Shown here: piece after piece, positions 1 through 10,874 of the stretch
Layout of the letters: each line of letters opens with the position of its first letter
How positions within the stretch are numbered: the first letter of the stretch is position 1
Assembly (NCBI GenBank): GCA_036676395.1
Contig: JAKFCY010000002.1
Coordinates: 1,728,001 to 1,792,000 of the forward strand
Source: Bdellovibrio sp.
GTDB taxonomy: Bacteria > Bdellovibrionota > Bdellovibrionia > Bdellovibrionales > Bdellovibrionaceae
Length of the DNA: 64,000 bases
Reading direction: 5' to 3'
Translations under genes and position numbers: made by a program
Notes under the pieces: generated by a model
What the model saw: the letters and a program-made list of their open reading frames with translations, nothing else
Told to the model about the DNA's origin: nothing
Databases searched by the model: none

Positions 1-395
1 AAAATCATTTCTTTAACTTGCGCAAACTTCTGCATCGGGAACTCCCACTGAGTTAAAAGCGGCTCGATAAGTTCAACTGATTTTACCGCATGATCCACAT
101 CCGGGCTATCATGCGGGGCAATGCCCCCTAAATCATGCAGAAATGAAGCTACAAATAAGACATCCAGATCAATCACAAAATCTTCTTTGTCAGCTAGCGC
201 TAGTGAAACTTGGTAGCCTCTTTCAGAATGCGCAAGCCCCCATGAGGGGTGTTTCACGTTAGCTTTTGCATAAGCATAAACTTGCTGTTTCCATTCAGTG
301 TTTAGAGCAATGCCCGTCGCTGTTTGCGATACGGTATTAGCCATTGCTGCAATTGAGACATTTAACATTAATAGTGTAAAAATAATTTTTCTCAT
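1..395 (-). CDS. HD-domain metal-dependent phosphohydrolase with signal peptide (partial, runs off the left edge)
   Basis: Not in the ORF track. Read manually from ATG at 395 with RBS AGGAG: MRKIIFTLLMLNVSIAAMA...WGLAHSER...ASFLHDLGG...DHAVKS; H...HD...H pattern. Confidence 0.8.
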   Translation of the reverse strand, partial: MRKIIFTLLMLNVSIAAMANTVSQTATGIALNTEWKQQVYAYAKANVKHPSWGLAHSERGYQVSLALADKEDFVIDLDVLFVASFLHDLGGIAPHDSPDVDHAVKSVELIEPLLTQWEFPMQKFAQVKEMI

Positions 396-489
396 GGTTA
401 TTTCTCCTGTAGCCCAATTTACACATAAGAAAAAACCTGCCGTTATACAAAAGATGATCGGGTCAGATAGTGACCCTAATTGTGATCAT

Positions 490-1164
490 CTATTCTAAAT
501 CGTTAAACAGTCTTTTTGTTTTCGGCAAATAATTTATAAACCAATCGCCAGCAAGCTTTGAGACCTGTTCTAATGTACCGGCCTCTTCAAAAAGATGAGT
601 AGCTCCGGGAATAAGTGTTAATTTTGCATTTTTTAATTCTTGGCGTGCTTCTTCGTTATAAGTAATGACTTGATAATCCCGATCACCAACAAGCAGAAGC
701 GTAGGCGCCGTGACATCTTTTAAATGCTGCATAGCTAAGTCGGGTCTTCCGCCCCGAGAAACAACGGCGAAAATTTGATCTTTAAGATCTGCAGCGGCCG
801 ATAACGCAGCACCTGCACCAGTACTGGCTCCGAAGTAGCCGATCGAAAGATTTTTAGCGAAATCTTGTCGCTGTACCCACTTTGTTGCAGCAATAAGTCT
901 TTTTGCCAAAAATGGAATATCAAATACATTCGTGCGATTTTGCGATTCTTGCTCTGTCAATAAATCAAACAGAAGAGTACCTATGCCAATCTCATTTAAG
1001 CTAGTTGCCACTTGTTGATTACGAGTACTGAAGCGACTGCTTCCGCTTCCGTGCGCAAAGATCACAAAACCATTCAGCGTACTGGAAAGATTTAAAAACC
1101 CTTTTGTTTCAATTCCCTGTTCATTAGGAATTATTACTTTTTTACTCTCAAATTTTTGATTCAC
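490..1164 (-). CDS. Dienelactone hydrolase family alpha/beta hydrolase
   Basis: FAHGSGSSRFSTRN, GYFGASTG, VSRGGRPDLA, PGATHLFEE motifs. Confidence 0.85.
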   Translation of the reverse strand: MNQKFESKKVIIPNEQGIETKGFLNLSSTLNGFVIFAHGSGSSRFSTRNQQVATSLNEIGIGTLLFDLLTEQESQNRTNVFDIPFLAKRLIAATKWVQRQDFAKNLSIGYFGASTGAGAALSAAADLKDQIFAVVSRGGRPDLAMQHLKDVTAPTLLLVGDRDYQVITYNEEARQELKNAKLTLIPGATHLFEEAGTLEQVSKLAGDWFINYLPKTKRLFNDLE

Positions 1165-1246
1165 TGCACACCTCGGTTAAGAAAATATCAAACAAAAAAA
1201 GAGCAGATAACGTGCCATTGCTTAATGGAAAATCTGACTCAAAGTT

Positions 1247-1263
1247 TTGGTTTTGGTTTTGCA
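1247..1263 (+). promoter_or_regulatory. Candidate sigma54 -24/-12 promoter for the small heat-shock gene
   Basis: TTGG-TTTTGGTTTT-GCA: GG-N10-GC about 50 nt upstream of ATG 1311. Confidence 0.4.
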
Positions 1264-1310
1264 TGGAAAAATCCATTCAGATCGAAAAACATTTTAACCA
1301 GGAGCAACAC

Positions 1311-1817
1311 ATGTTTCGCAGAAATAAAGATTCAGAAAGATTACCAGTAACACGCAGATCAAACCTTTCACCATTTTCAACCTTTTCACCGGACTTTTGG
1401 GAGCCAGCACGCTGGTTCGATGACGTCTTTAGCCGAGACTTATTTCCGAGCACGCAAGAATCCCAATTTTTATCACCAGCTATTGACATTGAAGAATCCG
1501 ATACCGAATATTTAGTAAGCGCAGACTTACCAGGCGTTAAAAAAGAAGACATCAATGTCGAATCATCCGGCAATCAATTAACAATTTCAGCAGAAAGAAA
1601 ATACGAAAAAACCGAAGGTCGCAAACGCGATCGCCAGGAAAGATACTTTGGCGCTTACCAAAGAACCTTCACTCTTCCGTCAGGTGTTAAAGCTGATGAA
1701 ATTCGTGCCGATTTTTCTAATGGCGAGTTAATGGTGCATATTCCAAAAGGCGAACAAAATCGCGCCAAAAAAATTGAGATTGCTGATCAAAAATCATCAG
1801 AACAAGCCAAACATTAA
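1311..1817 (+). CDS. Hsp20/alpha-crystallin small heat-shock protein
   Basis: PAIDIEE, ADLPGVKKEDI, ERYFGAYQRTFTLP, NGELMVHIPK; ATG 1311 with AGGAG RBS preferred over 1212. Confidence 0.92.
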   Translation: MFRRNKDSERLPVTRRSNLSPFSTFSPDFWEPARWFDDVFSRDLFPSTQESQFLSPAIDIEESDTEYLVSADLPGVKKEDINVESSGNQLTISAERKYEKTEGRKRDRQERYFGAYQRTFTLPSGVKADEIRADFSNGELMVHIPKGEQNRAKKIEIADQKSSEQAKH

Positions 1818-1879
1818 AAACTAAATGCGACATACCAGGTAGGTCGAATACAAAGACCTACCCTATTCGAGAGTAATTT

Positions 1880-2446
1880 ATGAAATACTTTATTAAAAGC
1901 AAACCTGTTATTGCTATATTTTTCTTTATTATTGGCGTTGCCGTAACCAGCGCTTACTGGAAACAAAAACCGTTCAGAAATATGCACACAGAAGCTCAGC
2001 TTGGCCCTTCGTTCAATTCAAGTTTTTTTGACGGTTTATTTAACGACGATTTTTTCGGTAAGTCGAAAAATCCGTTCGCAGAAATGCAACGTATGCAAAG
2101 ACAGATGCTTAAAGAATTCAATGAGCCCGATGTTTTTCAAAATTCATTTAATGATTGGTACAAAAATAAATTTGGCGGCGGCAATATTTACGAGTTAACA
2201 CAGCGAGAAGATGCTCACTATATTTATTATGAAATCCAACTCGAAGGTTTACATCCACAAAAAGTAGATATCGATGTAAAAGACGGACAAGTCTTTATTT
2301 CGGGAAGTGCTGAAGCCACAACTAAAGACAGCTTAGTAGAATCTACTTTTCAAAGATCATTTCCTGTTCCACCCAACGTAGATGCTAATAAACTTAATAT
2401 GGAACAGCTAGAAAGCAAGATTATCATAAAATTTCCGAAACTTTAA
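1880..2446 (+). CDS. Hsp20-like protein with N-terminal membrane anchor
   Basis: N-terminal hydrophobic helix; C-terminal VDIDVKDGQVFISG...FQRSFPVPPNVD...IIIKFPK alpha-crystallin-like domain. Confidence 0.75.
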   Translation: MKYFIKSKPVIAIFFFIIGVAVTSAYWKQKPFRNMHTEAQLGPSFNSSFFDGLFNDDFFGKSKNPFAEMQRMQRQMLKEFNEPDVFQNSFNDWYKNKFGGGNIYELTQREDAHYIYYEIQLEGLHPQKVDIDVKDGQVFISGSAEATTKDSLVESTFQRSFPVPPNVDANKLNMEQLESKIIIKFPKL

Positions 2447-3780
2447 ACCCCTTGCGGCCAAGTTTCAGGAATATCTTCACGTTTAAATTCTTGTGCAAAA
2501 GGAATTAGTGCCGAAGTGCGGTCTATAAAAATAAATCCGTCGTAGCGTCTGCTTAGCGATGTCGGCACGTAATTACCCAGCCGCTCATAAGCGGGATTAT
2601 AAACAACCCCGATGGCTCTGTGCCCTAGCACTTGAGACAGTGCACCGACTTTGTCGTCATCGTGAAGCCAAACATAAAAAGCATTCTCATGTATTTTTTG
2701 GGCAGCTGCATGAAAGTGAGCTTCATAACTTGCGGGCCGCCCTGGAGGTACAGCCATCTTCTGAGTAGGCCCATCCCAGGCATTTGAAGCAATCACTTCG
2801 CCTTGGTAAGTTCCAAAACCAACAAGTGACACGCGTTCGGCGCCCCACTTTTCGCGCGCAAGACCACCGATATTAACTAGGTTTTCTTTGACCATGTCAG
2901 TCGCCCGGTAATCCCCGATATGAGTGTTATGGGCCCAGACAATGCCTTTGGACTCTGGCCCGAAGCGCTTAAATAATATTTCAAGAGTTTCAATCATGTG
3001 GCGGTCTCTGACATTCCAAGAATCTTCTACACCCAGAATCATAGTGCGGTAATAGTCTTCAGCATTTTTAACAATTCTTGCGTTTTGCTCGGCATCGAAA
3101 AGCTCTTCAAAGTGATCTTTAATATTTTCAACGCGAATTTTTAACATATCGGTAAGAACTTTTACAACTTGCGCTTCACAACCTGCTGGCGAAAATTTTA
3201 AATGGCGTGCATACGCGCGTTCATCTCGCTGAAAGGGCGAAAAACATGCGTAATGCTCACGCGCTTGCCGGGCCAGGCCGGGGTTAACCTTTCGCAGTTG
3301 TTTTATAACTTCGTCGATGGATTCAAATAACGAATACACATCCAGACCGAAAAAACTGGCTTTGTTATCTTTGGATCTTGATTCATTATATGTTTTCATC
3401 CACTGCGCTAATTTCATGACTTCGGTATTAGCCCACATCCAAGTCGGCCAGCGCTTAAAATACCCTAGGGCTTCACGCGCCGTTTCTTTTTTTAACTCAG
3501 AATGAAGAAAACGATTAAGCTCGGCACAGGGCGGCCAATCCCCTTCAACAGCAATAAAATTAAAACCATATTGCGAAATAAGTTCTTCAGAAATCAGACG
3601 TCGCCACTCATAGAATTCTTGGGTGCCGTGACTTGCTTCGCCAAGCATCACCACTTTTGACTGAGAAAATTTAGAAACTAACGCCGACAAATCTCTACGT
3701 TCGTGTAAGGGCTGTGCATTTTCTATGATGACATCTTCAATTGAAGTTATAATTTTATTCATAACGACACTAAAAAGCAT
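2443..3780 (-). CDS. Erythromycin esterase family protein
   Basis: LGEASHGTQEFY, AVEGDWP, WNVRDRHM, VWAHNTHIGD, RAIGVVY; start may be 3762. Confidence 0.9.
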   Translation of the reverse strand: MLFSVVMNKIITSIEDVIIENAQPLHERRDLSALVSKFSQSKVVMLGEASHGTQEFYEWRRLISEELISQYGFNFIAVEGDWPPCAELNRFLHSELKKETAREALGYFKRWPTWMWANTEVMKLAQWMKTYNESRSKDNKASFFGLDVYSLFESIDEVIKQLRKVNPGLARQAREHYACFSPFQRDERAYARHLKFSPAGCEAQVVKVLTDMLKIRVENIKDHFEELFDAEQNARIVKNAEDYYRTMILGVEDSWNVRDRHMIETLEILFKRFGPESKGIVWAHNTHIGDYRATDMVKENLVNIGGLAREKWGAERVSLVGFGTYQGEVIASNAWDGPTQKMAVPPGRPASYEAHFHAAAQKIHENAFYVWLHDDDKVGALSQVLGHRAIGVVYNPAYERLGNYVPTSLSRRYDGFIFIDRTSALIPFAQEFKREDIPETWPQGV

Positions 3781-3863
3781 ACCCTATGCCATTACAAAAA
3801 TGGGACAGTTTGACTCAAATGAGTGTCTTGAATTTTCTTACTCCTTATTGTTAAAATGTAATC

Positions 3864-4388
3864 ATGAAAACAATTTATTTTGCTGCCGCCAGCATGGATG
3901 GATATATTGCCGATGAAAACAATTCTTTAGAATGGCTTTTTAAAAATGGCCCAAGCGACACTAGCTTTATTGACCAATTTCTAGAAACTGTGGGTGCCAT
4001 CGCCATGGGAGCTTCAACGTATCAGTGGTTACTTGATAACCTTAAAGGACCTTGGCCCTATAAAGTTCCTTGCCTTGTGTTTACCTATCGAAATTTTAAA
4101 ATGATAGATAATGCTGATGTACGTTTTGCTTCAGGAGAAGTTTTAGCCCAGCATGAAGAACTTAAAAAATTAGCCGGTGATAAAAATATTTGGCTTATGG
4201 GTGGCGGCGACCTGGTTGGCCAATTTTATGACTATGGCCTACTGGACGAAATGCACATACAGACTGTCGCCGTTTTCTTAAATGACGGCAAAAAGCTGTT
4301 CAATCGCAAAACTGAGAATGCTTTTAAGATAAAAGAAATTCGCCAACGAGGCGATACTTGCATTGAAGTCATATATTTAGTTAAATAA
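3864..4388 (+). CDS. Dihydrofolate reductase family (RibD C-terminal-like) protein
   Basis: ASMDGYIAD, MGASTY, IWLMGGGDL, GLLDE motifs. Confidence 0.85.
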   Translation: MKTIYFAAASMDGYIADENNSLEWLFKNGPSDTSFIDQFLETVGAIAMGASTYQWLLDNLKGPWPYKVPCLVFTYRNFKMIDNADVRFASGEVLAQHEELKKLAGDKNIWLMGGGDLVGQFYDYGLLDEMHIQTVAVFLNDGKKLFNRKTENAFKIKEIRQRGDTCIEVIYLVK

Positions 4389-4392
4389 TCTA

Positions 4393-4806
4393 ATGAAAAC
4401 TTACATTGTAATTTTAGTGACGATGATGGGCTCTTTGACTTTTGCAAAACCAACTGAAAATGTAGAAGGTTTTTTAAAAAGCTGTTATCAGAACTATGTA
4501 ATAGCATTTGCATCCACAGCTAAAGATAGCGAAGAAACAGGCGCCAAAATCAGAGAAAAATGTCTTTCAAAAGAATTTAGAAAGTTTTGGTTTAAAACTA
4601 TTTCTAAATCTAACGCAGATGGCCTGTTGATCGCTCAAGAGGCGCCAAAATCTTGGAAAACAAATATCGAGATTAAAGGTTTAGATACAGAAAAAAAATC
4701 AGCTAAAGTCATTTTAGGCAAAAAATCCGAGCAACATTGTTTAGTGATCAACTATATCAACGAACCTGATTTAAAAATTGATTTTGTTTCTAAATGCAAA
4801 CCTTAA
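4393..4806 (+). CDS. Secreted hypothetical protein (weak DUF3828/YbjP-like)
   Basis: Signal peptide; ADGLLIAQE...W motif; overlaps next stop. Confidence 0.55.
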   Translation: MKTYIVILVTMMGSLTFAKPTENVEGFLKSCYQNYVIAFASTAKDSEETGAKIREKCLSKEFRKFWFKTISKSNADGLLIAQEAPKSWKTNIEIKGLDTEKKSAKVILGKKSEQHCLVINYINEPDLKIDFVSKCKP

Positions 4807-5084
4807 TGCGGCTGCTGGTGGCGGTCGCGTGACATTTTTTTATGTAATTTTTTTTGCACCTTAAGCTCGTTTTTTACATCATTTACCCCAACCACATAAT
4901 CTAAGGTTTCGCCGGTCATCTTTTTAACGACATCTTCTTCAACGGCTCCGCTTAAGGTGACCACACCGTCTTTAACTGAAACTTTAATTTCAGAACAATC
5001 GACGTGGGGTGTTTGAGATAAAATATCACAGACATCTTCTTTAATTTTTTTATCGGAGGGATGATGATTTGTTTTAACTTTCAT
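4803..5084 (-). CDS. BON domain protein
   Basis: IKVSVKDGVVTLSGAV...GVNDVKNELKV. Confidence 0.88.
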   Translation of the reverse strand: MKVKTNHHPSDKKIKEDVCDILSQTPHVDCSEIKVSVKDGVVTLSGAVEEDVVKKMTGETLDYVVGVNDVKNELKVQKKLHKKMSRDRHQQPH

Positions 5085-7522
5085 GACGGCACTTCCTTTT
5101 GTTTAGAAAAAATATCGAACACAGACCACCTGGCCAGCTTGTCATAGCTGCCAAAGTGTTTAAAAAATTGTCCTTTAGGTAGACTTAATAAAATAACCAG
5201 TAGCGAACTTAAAATAATTTCCCATTTTAATGAAAGCTCTAATTCGCCCGAAACCCCGATCGCAACAGCCAGTATGAACCCCACGATGATATTTAAAATC
5301 CTTACTGGACGTGCAATTTCAGATAAAGCAATAATTGAAAAAGTAACTAAAAGTGCTGAACACATATGAATTATGTCTGATGCAGATTTCGGTAACTGCA
5401 AATATGTCGGCACCGCCATTAAAAGAAAACTTATAAAGCAACAACCGACAAGCCCCCACGGAATTGCCGATTTAATTTTCTGTGTTTTTTCGTTAAATTT
5501 TTCTGCCGGCAGTTCGACAATTTCTTCTGTCGTTAACGGGATGCCCCGCAAAAAAGTTCTCCAGAAGGGTTTACCTTCTCGGTGACTTTGTCGTAAAAAT
5601 TGAACTGTGGCTACGACCTCATCTAATGCCGGTGATACCATAACCAGCATGATAAATGCTGTTAACAGACAAAGAAAACACCACGCCCCGACACCAACGG
5701 GTTGAAGAATAACCAGCACGATGCTGGTGACTCCGGGCGGAATAATCATAAAGCCAAATAAAATAACCATCCAAGGCATCGTGCGCCAGCGGCGCTTATC
5801 GCCTATCATGCCAGAAACAGCGTCTAACAAATAAGAAAAGGCTCCTAATCCCGCATCCGAAACCGGAAAAGCTTTAGATATATCTGATTTTAAAATAGTG
5901 GCCGTCTGTTGATCAAATACTGGATCCCAAACTGTGTTGGTATGACCTAACTGATAAGCGGCCATATACCTTGCAATGAAAAAACCCAAAAAAGCCAAAG
6001 TAATAATAGGAATTCTTTGGCTCCAGGCCGAAGGGTTATAATCCCAGTTTTGCGGTGTATTTAAAACTTCTGGAACAGCATAGTAATGTTTTGCCGGCTG
6101 ATAACAACTACAGAGTATAATCAGCAGGCCTAATAAATTTCCTAGCGAATATGAAGTGCTTGAAGGTGTCCAAAATGCCAGTGGGGCAAATAAAATCCAA
6201 ACACCAGCGATGGCTGACAGCCAACGCGGCCAAGCCCATAGCGTCCAAAATGTAAGGCCTGAAAGCAGTATCACAAGCAGACCTGAAACCACTTCACTTC
6301 GTAAAACCGCTGCGTTTGATAAATGGGTAACGCTATCAGAAATTAACCAAAGGCCCCACAAAATATTCATAAAGTTAAGGGCATTGAGCTGGCGTATATA
6401 AATTTGCGAGGGCACTTCAAAACCTGAACCTTCTCCCTGCATTCGGCCTAGGGCCCGAGCTAACCGGTTTGGAATTTCCAGTTTATTTTCTTTATACCAT
6501 CTAACAGGATCAGCTTTTAAAGCGTCTAACATCAATGGAATTGTTTTTTTCAATTGATGATTCGGGTGCCAATTTAGCAACCGCTGGGCCTGGGTAATAT
6601 CCAAATCATAATGATCATCGGCAAAATCAATCATCCAGTGTTTTACAAACGGTTTACGTATAAAGGGAGTGTGATGTTGCAGCCAAGCTCCGGTTTTGGC
6701 AAACCACGTTGGCACTTTGAGTGAATCCCACTCATGACTGTAAAGCAGTTGCCCGATTTTTTCTTGCAGCTGGTTGTAAGACACCACCTCGGGTTCGCCC
6801 AAAAGTAAATCCAGCTGCTTCGGTAATTGTTTTCTTTTTTGCACGACTTTATCAATCGCATCAACTAGATCATTTAGATGGATAAAAGCTTGCCCTTTAG
6901 ACGAATCGCCCGGAAAAAAGTGACTGGATAAATGTTTTTCATAGATACGCACAATTTGATTTGAAATCGGAATTGAATGGCAACGATCATCGTAAACACC
7001 CGCTATTCTTAAACTCACAATCGGAATATCGCTGCTTGATCCTTTTAAGATTTTTTCGGCGGCGACCTTTGAGGCCGGATAAGCCCAAGAGGGTTCAACC
7101 GGCGAAGTCTCTTTGATCTTTTCGCCTTTTTGAGCCGGTTTATGAACTAGCATCGTGCTTGAAAATACAAACTGCTCAACAGTATAATTATTTAAAGCTG
7201 TTAATAAATTTTCTGTGCCTTTGACAGTGATTTTTTCATATTGCGGGCTTTCTTCTTCGGCAAAACTGTAATAGGCCGCTAAATGCACAACTGATGCAAT
7301 ATGATTTCCGTGTTTAACTTTAACCAGCTCTAAAGCCTGAGAAATACTGTTCAAAGATGAAATATCAACTTCGTAGTTTTCGCTATCTTTTGAACTGCCG
7401 GATATTTTTTGGTCAAATCCGATCACGGTAAATTGCGGCGATAATCTTGCTGCTATGGCTTTGCCGATGAAGCCACTGCTTCCGGTAATTATAACTGTAG
7501 GTTTCTGCGTTGAATTATCCAT
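5081..7522 (-). CDS. NAD-dependent epimerase/dehydratase fused to SPW-repeat and vitamin K epoxide reductase domains
   Basis: ITGSSGFIG, YPASK (YxxxK), then TM segments, FPVSDAGLG, WCFLCL (CxxC). Confidence 0.85.
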   Translation of the reverse strand: MDNSTQKPTVIITGSSGFIGKAIAARLSPQFTVIGFDQKISGSSKDSENYEVDISSLNSISQALELVKVKHGNHIASVVHLAAYYSFAEEESPQYEKITVKGTENLLTALNNYTVEQFVFSSTMLVHKPAQKGEKIKETSPVEPSWAYPASKVAAEKILKGSSSDIPIVSLRIAGVYDDRCHSIPISNQIVRIYEKHLSSHFFPGDSSKGQAFIHLNDLVDAIDKVVQKRKQLPKQLDLLLGEPEVVSYNQLQEKIGQLLYSHEWDSLKVPTWFAKTGAWLQHHTPFIRKPFVKHWMIDFADDHYDLDITQAQRLLNWHPNHQLKKTIPLMLDALKADPVRWYKENKLEIPNRLARALGRMQGEGSGFEVPSQIYIRQLNALNFMNILWGLWLISDSVTHLSNAAVLRSEVVSGLLVILLSGLTFWTLWAWPRWLSAIAGVWILFAPLAFWTPSSTSYSLGNLLGLLIILCSCYQPAKHYYAVPEVLNTPQNWDYNPSAWSQRIPIITLAFLGFFIARYMAAYQLGHTNTVWDPVFDQQTATILKSDISKAFPVSDAGLGAFSYLLDAVSGMIGDKRRWRTMPWMVILFGFMIIPPGVTSIVLVILQPVGVGAWCFLCLLTAFIMLVMVSPALDEVVATVQFLRQSHREGKPFWRTFLRGIPLTTEEIVELPAEKFNEKTQKIKSAIPWGLVGCCFISFLLMAVPTYLQLPKSASDIIHMCSALLVTFSIIALSEIARPVRILNIIVGFILAVAIGVSGELELSLKWEIILSSLLVILLSLPKGQFFKHFGSYDKLARWSVFDIFSKQKEVPS

Positions 7523-7641
7523 ATAGGCCAGAATTGCAAAACACAGACCCTAGCTAATGAATAAGTGTGAGGTGCATAGCCGCGAAAGTCAGAACTCTTG
7601 CCCCGTTGTTTTTTGGGGCGTTTGATTCAAATTGGCACGTT

Positions 7642-7683
7642 AATACATAGGCAAATACATAGGTAAATGCATAGGCAAATGCA
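7642..7683. repeat. 12-bp tandem repeat AATRCATAGGYA x3.5
   Basis: aatacataggca aatacataggta aatgcataggca aatgca in the divergent intergenic region. Confidence 0.8.
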
Positions 7684-7731
7684 GCGCTGATAAACAGATT
7701 TTCAGCTAAAAGAAGGTGTATACTCATACAT

Positions 7732-9669
7732 ATGAATGACATACTAAGAATTCTTATTGTCGAAGACAATAAGGTAGATCAAATCATCATCCGGAAGACG
7801 TTGGAAAAGTCTAAACTTAATCACGTCTCTGCTCTGGCTGATAATCATGTAGACTTTTTAAATCAACTTGAAAAATTCAAACCAAATTTAATTCTGTGTG
7901 ATTATTCAATGCCAAATTACGGGGCTCTGTATGTATTACGGTATTTAAAACAAAATAAAATCGATATTCCACTCATTATCGTCACTGGCACCTTAACTGA
8001 CGAGATGGCCGTCGAGAGTTTAAAAAATGGGGCTTCAGATTATGTTTTAAAAGATAAACTTGTCAGGCTTCCCACGACGATCAAAAATGCCATGAAAACC
8101 ACCCAGTACCTAAAAGAAAAGGCCGAAGTTGAAGACCGACTGGAAGTCATTTCTAATACAGTACCAGCTTCGCTATCTTATATATCAGCTGATCTGATTT
8201 TTTTATTCTGTAATAAGTTAAATTACGAATGGTTTCAAAAAATAATTGTCGGGTCTACAGTCAAAAATATTTTAGGGCCCGAGGTTCACCATAAAATTTT
8301 AAAAAACAAAGCCACCCTACGAAAAGGTTTGCAAGTTAACTTCGAAAGCTGCGTCGATCTTAAATCACGCCCAAGATATGTGAGTATTACACTGACCCCT
8401 GAATTAAATGGTCATGTCATTAAAGGTTATGTCTGCCTTATTACCGACATCACAGAACGAATTATTTTTGAAGAAACTTTAAAAAAATCAAAACAAGACG
8501 CCGAAGCTGCCAACAAAGCCAAAAGTCAGTTTCTTGCAAATATGAGCCATGAAATACGAACGCCCTTAAATGCAATTTTAGGTTTATCAGAGATGCTTTT
8601 AACTAATCACAATAGTATTAATCAAAGAACTTTATGGTTAAATAAAATTATTAAAAATAGCGAGCATCTTAAAAACGTCATTGATTCAGTGCTGGACTTA
8701 TCTAAAATCGAAGCTGGCAAAATGAGTGTTTATATACAAAAAACTTCAATTGCTGCAATCATTGCTCAGGTAAGATCTCTTTTACAGCCGCTAGCCTCTG
8801 AAAAAAAAATAAATTTGAAATTTGAAGTTCTCGGTGAAATTCCCGCTTATATTTTTTCTGATATGTCGAAAGTCATTCATATATTACTTAACATAGTCGG
8901 CAATTCTATAAAGTTCACTCCGCATGGAAGCGTTACAATTCAAGTGAGTGGCTTCAAAAATAAAGATAAATACTTTATTAAGTTCTTAATCAAAGATACA
9001 GGAGTTGGTATATCACAAGAAACCTGCAAAAATTTATTTTTGCCATTTTCGCAAGCTGACAACTCAATGACCCGAAGATTTGGCGGCACAGGATTAGGTT
9101 TAGTACTTTCAAAACAATTGGCCCTGGTGCTGGGTGGCGATATTGCACTTGAAGAATCGCTTCCTGGACTTGGATCTATATTTTCTGCAATCATTGAAGC
9201 TGGTGTTGTTGATTTCAGCCATACAATTACAAACTTTGAAAATTTGATTTCTGATCCTCATGAAAAAATCGACGAAATCATTAAATCAGCACAGCTTACA
9301 GATTTCAAAGTCTTGCTTGTTGAAGATTCTCCTGAAAACCAATTAGTCGTTCAAAATTTTTTAGAAACCGCAGGAGCCAAAGTCGATGTCGCCTCTGATG
9401 GCCAACAGGGCGTTGAGATGGCCGAGAATGGTAACCACGCCCTCATTATCATGGACATTCAAATGCCGATCATGGATGGCTATACCGCCGCTTCATTACT
9501 TCGCAATAATGGCTATGATAAGCCGATCATTGCTTTTACCGCGCATGCTTTTGAAGAAGAAAAACAAAAGTGCTTACAACTCGGATTTACAGATTTTCTT
9601 TCAAAGCCGATTCGAAAAACAGATTTACTTCAATGTGTTTCAAAATATAAAACATACAAGCACATCTAA
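7732..9669 (+). CDS. Hybrid sensor histidine kinase (REC-PAS-HisKA-HATPase-REC)
   Basis: [27 protein letters not shown], two receiver domains. Confidence 0.93.
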   Translation: MNDILRILIVEDNKVDQIIIRKTLEKSKLNHVSALADNHVDFLNQLEKFKPNLILCDYSMPNYGALYVLRYLKQNKIDIPLIIVTGTLTDEMAVESLKNGASDYVLKDKLVRLPTTIKNAMKTTQYLKEKAEVEDRLEVISNTVPASLSYISADLIFLFCNKLNYEWFQKIIVGSTVKNILGPEVHHKILKNKATLRKGLQVNFESCVDLKSRPRYVSITLTPELNGHVIKGYVCLITDITERIIFEETLKKSKQDAEAANKAKSQFLANMSHEIRTPLNAILGLSEMLLTNHNSINQRTLWLNKIIKNSEHLKNVIDSVLDLSKIEAGKMSVYIQKTSIAAIIAQVRSLLQPLASEKKINLKFEVLGEIPAYIFSDMSKVIHILLNIVGNSIKFTPHGSVTIQVSGFKNKDKYFIKFLIKDTGVGISQETCKNLFLPFSQADNSMTRRFGGTGLGLVLSKQLALVLGGDIALEESLPGLGSIFSAIIEAGVVDFSHTITNFENLISDPHEKIDEIIKSAQLTDFKVLLVEDSPENQLVVQNFLETAGAKVDVASDGQQGVEMAENGNHALIIMDIQMPIMDGYTAASLLRNNGYDKPIIAFTAHAFEEEKQKCLQLGFTDFLSKPIRKTDLLQCVSKYKTYKHI

Positions 9670-10826
9670 AAAAAAGAACAGTTCACTGAATCTTCGTCTG
9701 GAACAGAAACAGCTGAAGCCCAATCTTTTTCAAAAATATTCAACATTTCTTTAATAGGTGCTGCTTCTGAAAACAAAATCCCCAGCTCGCGCGCATAGGC
9801 CATCGAATTACGAGAAAAATTAACTGAACCTATATAAGATGTTATTCCGTCGGCGATCATCATTTTAGAATGCATATACGGATGGGTCACGCTTTCAGGT
9901 TCTGGCATGACTTTGGTTTTTACTCCGCCAGCAGCCAGTTCTTTTAAATGGGGATAATTTAATTTCGCACTGCCACCTTTACTGCACATGGGCACTACAA
10001 TCCTAACAGCGACGCCCCTTTTTACAGCCGCAATTAAAGCGGTTTGAATTTCTACCGCACCAAGGTTTTCGACTTGCACAACCAGTGATTTTTTTGCTGA
10101 TGAAATTAAACTGACAAGCTTAGTTAAAGAATTGACAGGACTCCATACAAGGTGAATAGCGCTCACCGCAGGCGTCAGACCCTGTTGGGCACTTGCATTT
10201 TGCCAATCTTGCTCAAAAACATTTATCACTTCATTTACGACGACAGGGTCGTGAACGATCAAACCAAAATCGCGAGTGGTCTCGGTCAACTTTGTTAGAT
10301 TAATAGCTGTAATAAATGCTTCTGAATGATCAATGACCATAGATTTCTGATGCGAAATCGTAAATGCAGATGTGCTTGCACGCACGTCAACGCCACCGGC
10401 TTTTAATTGCTGATAGCCAAAATTAAAATTGGGCAGATTAAGGCTTATAGCATCGACAATAACTTTAACTGTTACTCCCCGTTTATGCGCTGACACTAAA
10501 GCATTGATAACATCGTTATCAGTTATATGAAACATCGCCATACGAATAATGCCGCCACTGACTGTTTTATTAATGCTTTGTAAAAACTCGACATGGCCTT
10601 TTGCATTCGGAGTTACAATTAACTGAACCGCTCCACTCAGTGCTGGTATCGCTGAGCTCACAACCGGCGAACTTGTCGGTGGAATTACCGGAGAAATCAC
10701 TGGTGGTTCTTCGGAATTTGGAGTTTCAGTTGAAGTATAAGTCGGTAAGATAGAACTGTCTGTACCTTGGGTGCAATTGAGTAGTAAAAAACAAACAAAC
10801 AAGATTGATAAAAACTGATTTTTCAT
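9666..10826 (-). CDS. Phospholipase D superfamily lipoprotein
   Basis: Two HKD motifs ([16 protein letters not shown]...GSVN); lipobox-like LLNC; Pro/Ser-rich linker. Confidence 0.88.
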   Translation of the reverse strand: MKNQFLSILFVCFLLLNCTQGTDSSILPTYTSTETPNSEEPPVISPVIPPTSSPVVSSAIPALSGAVQLIVTPNAKGHVEFLQSINKTVSGGIIRMAMFHITDNDVINALVSAHKRGVTVKVIVDAISLNLPNFNFGYQQLKAGGVDVRASTSAFTISHQKSMVIDHSEAFITAINLTKLTETTRDFGLIVHDPVVVNEVINVFEQDWQNASAQQGLTPAVSAIHLVWSPVNSLTKLVSLISSAKKSLVVQVENLGAVEIQTALIAAVKRGVAVRIVVPMCSKGGSAKLNYPHLKELAAGGVKTKVMPEPESVTHPYMHSKMMIADGITSYIGSVNFSRNSMAYARELGILFSEAAPIKEMLNIFEKDWASAVSVPDEDSVNCSFF

Positions 10827-10874
10827 CTTTTAGTTGTAGTCGATTTTTTCAGATAAAGTAATAAACAAACGTAT

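Noticed and set aside
2443..3780. Macrolide resistance gene
   Set aside because: Family membership only; this widespread subfamily is not evidence of Ere activity.
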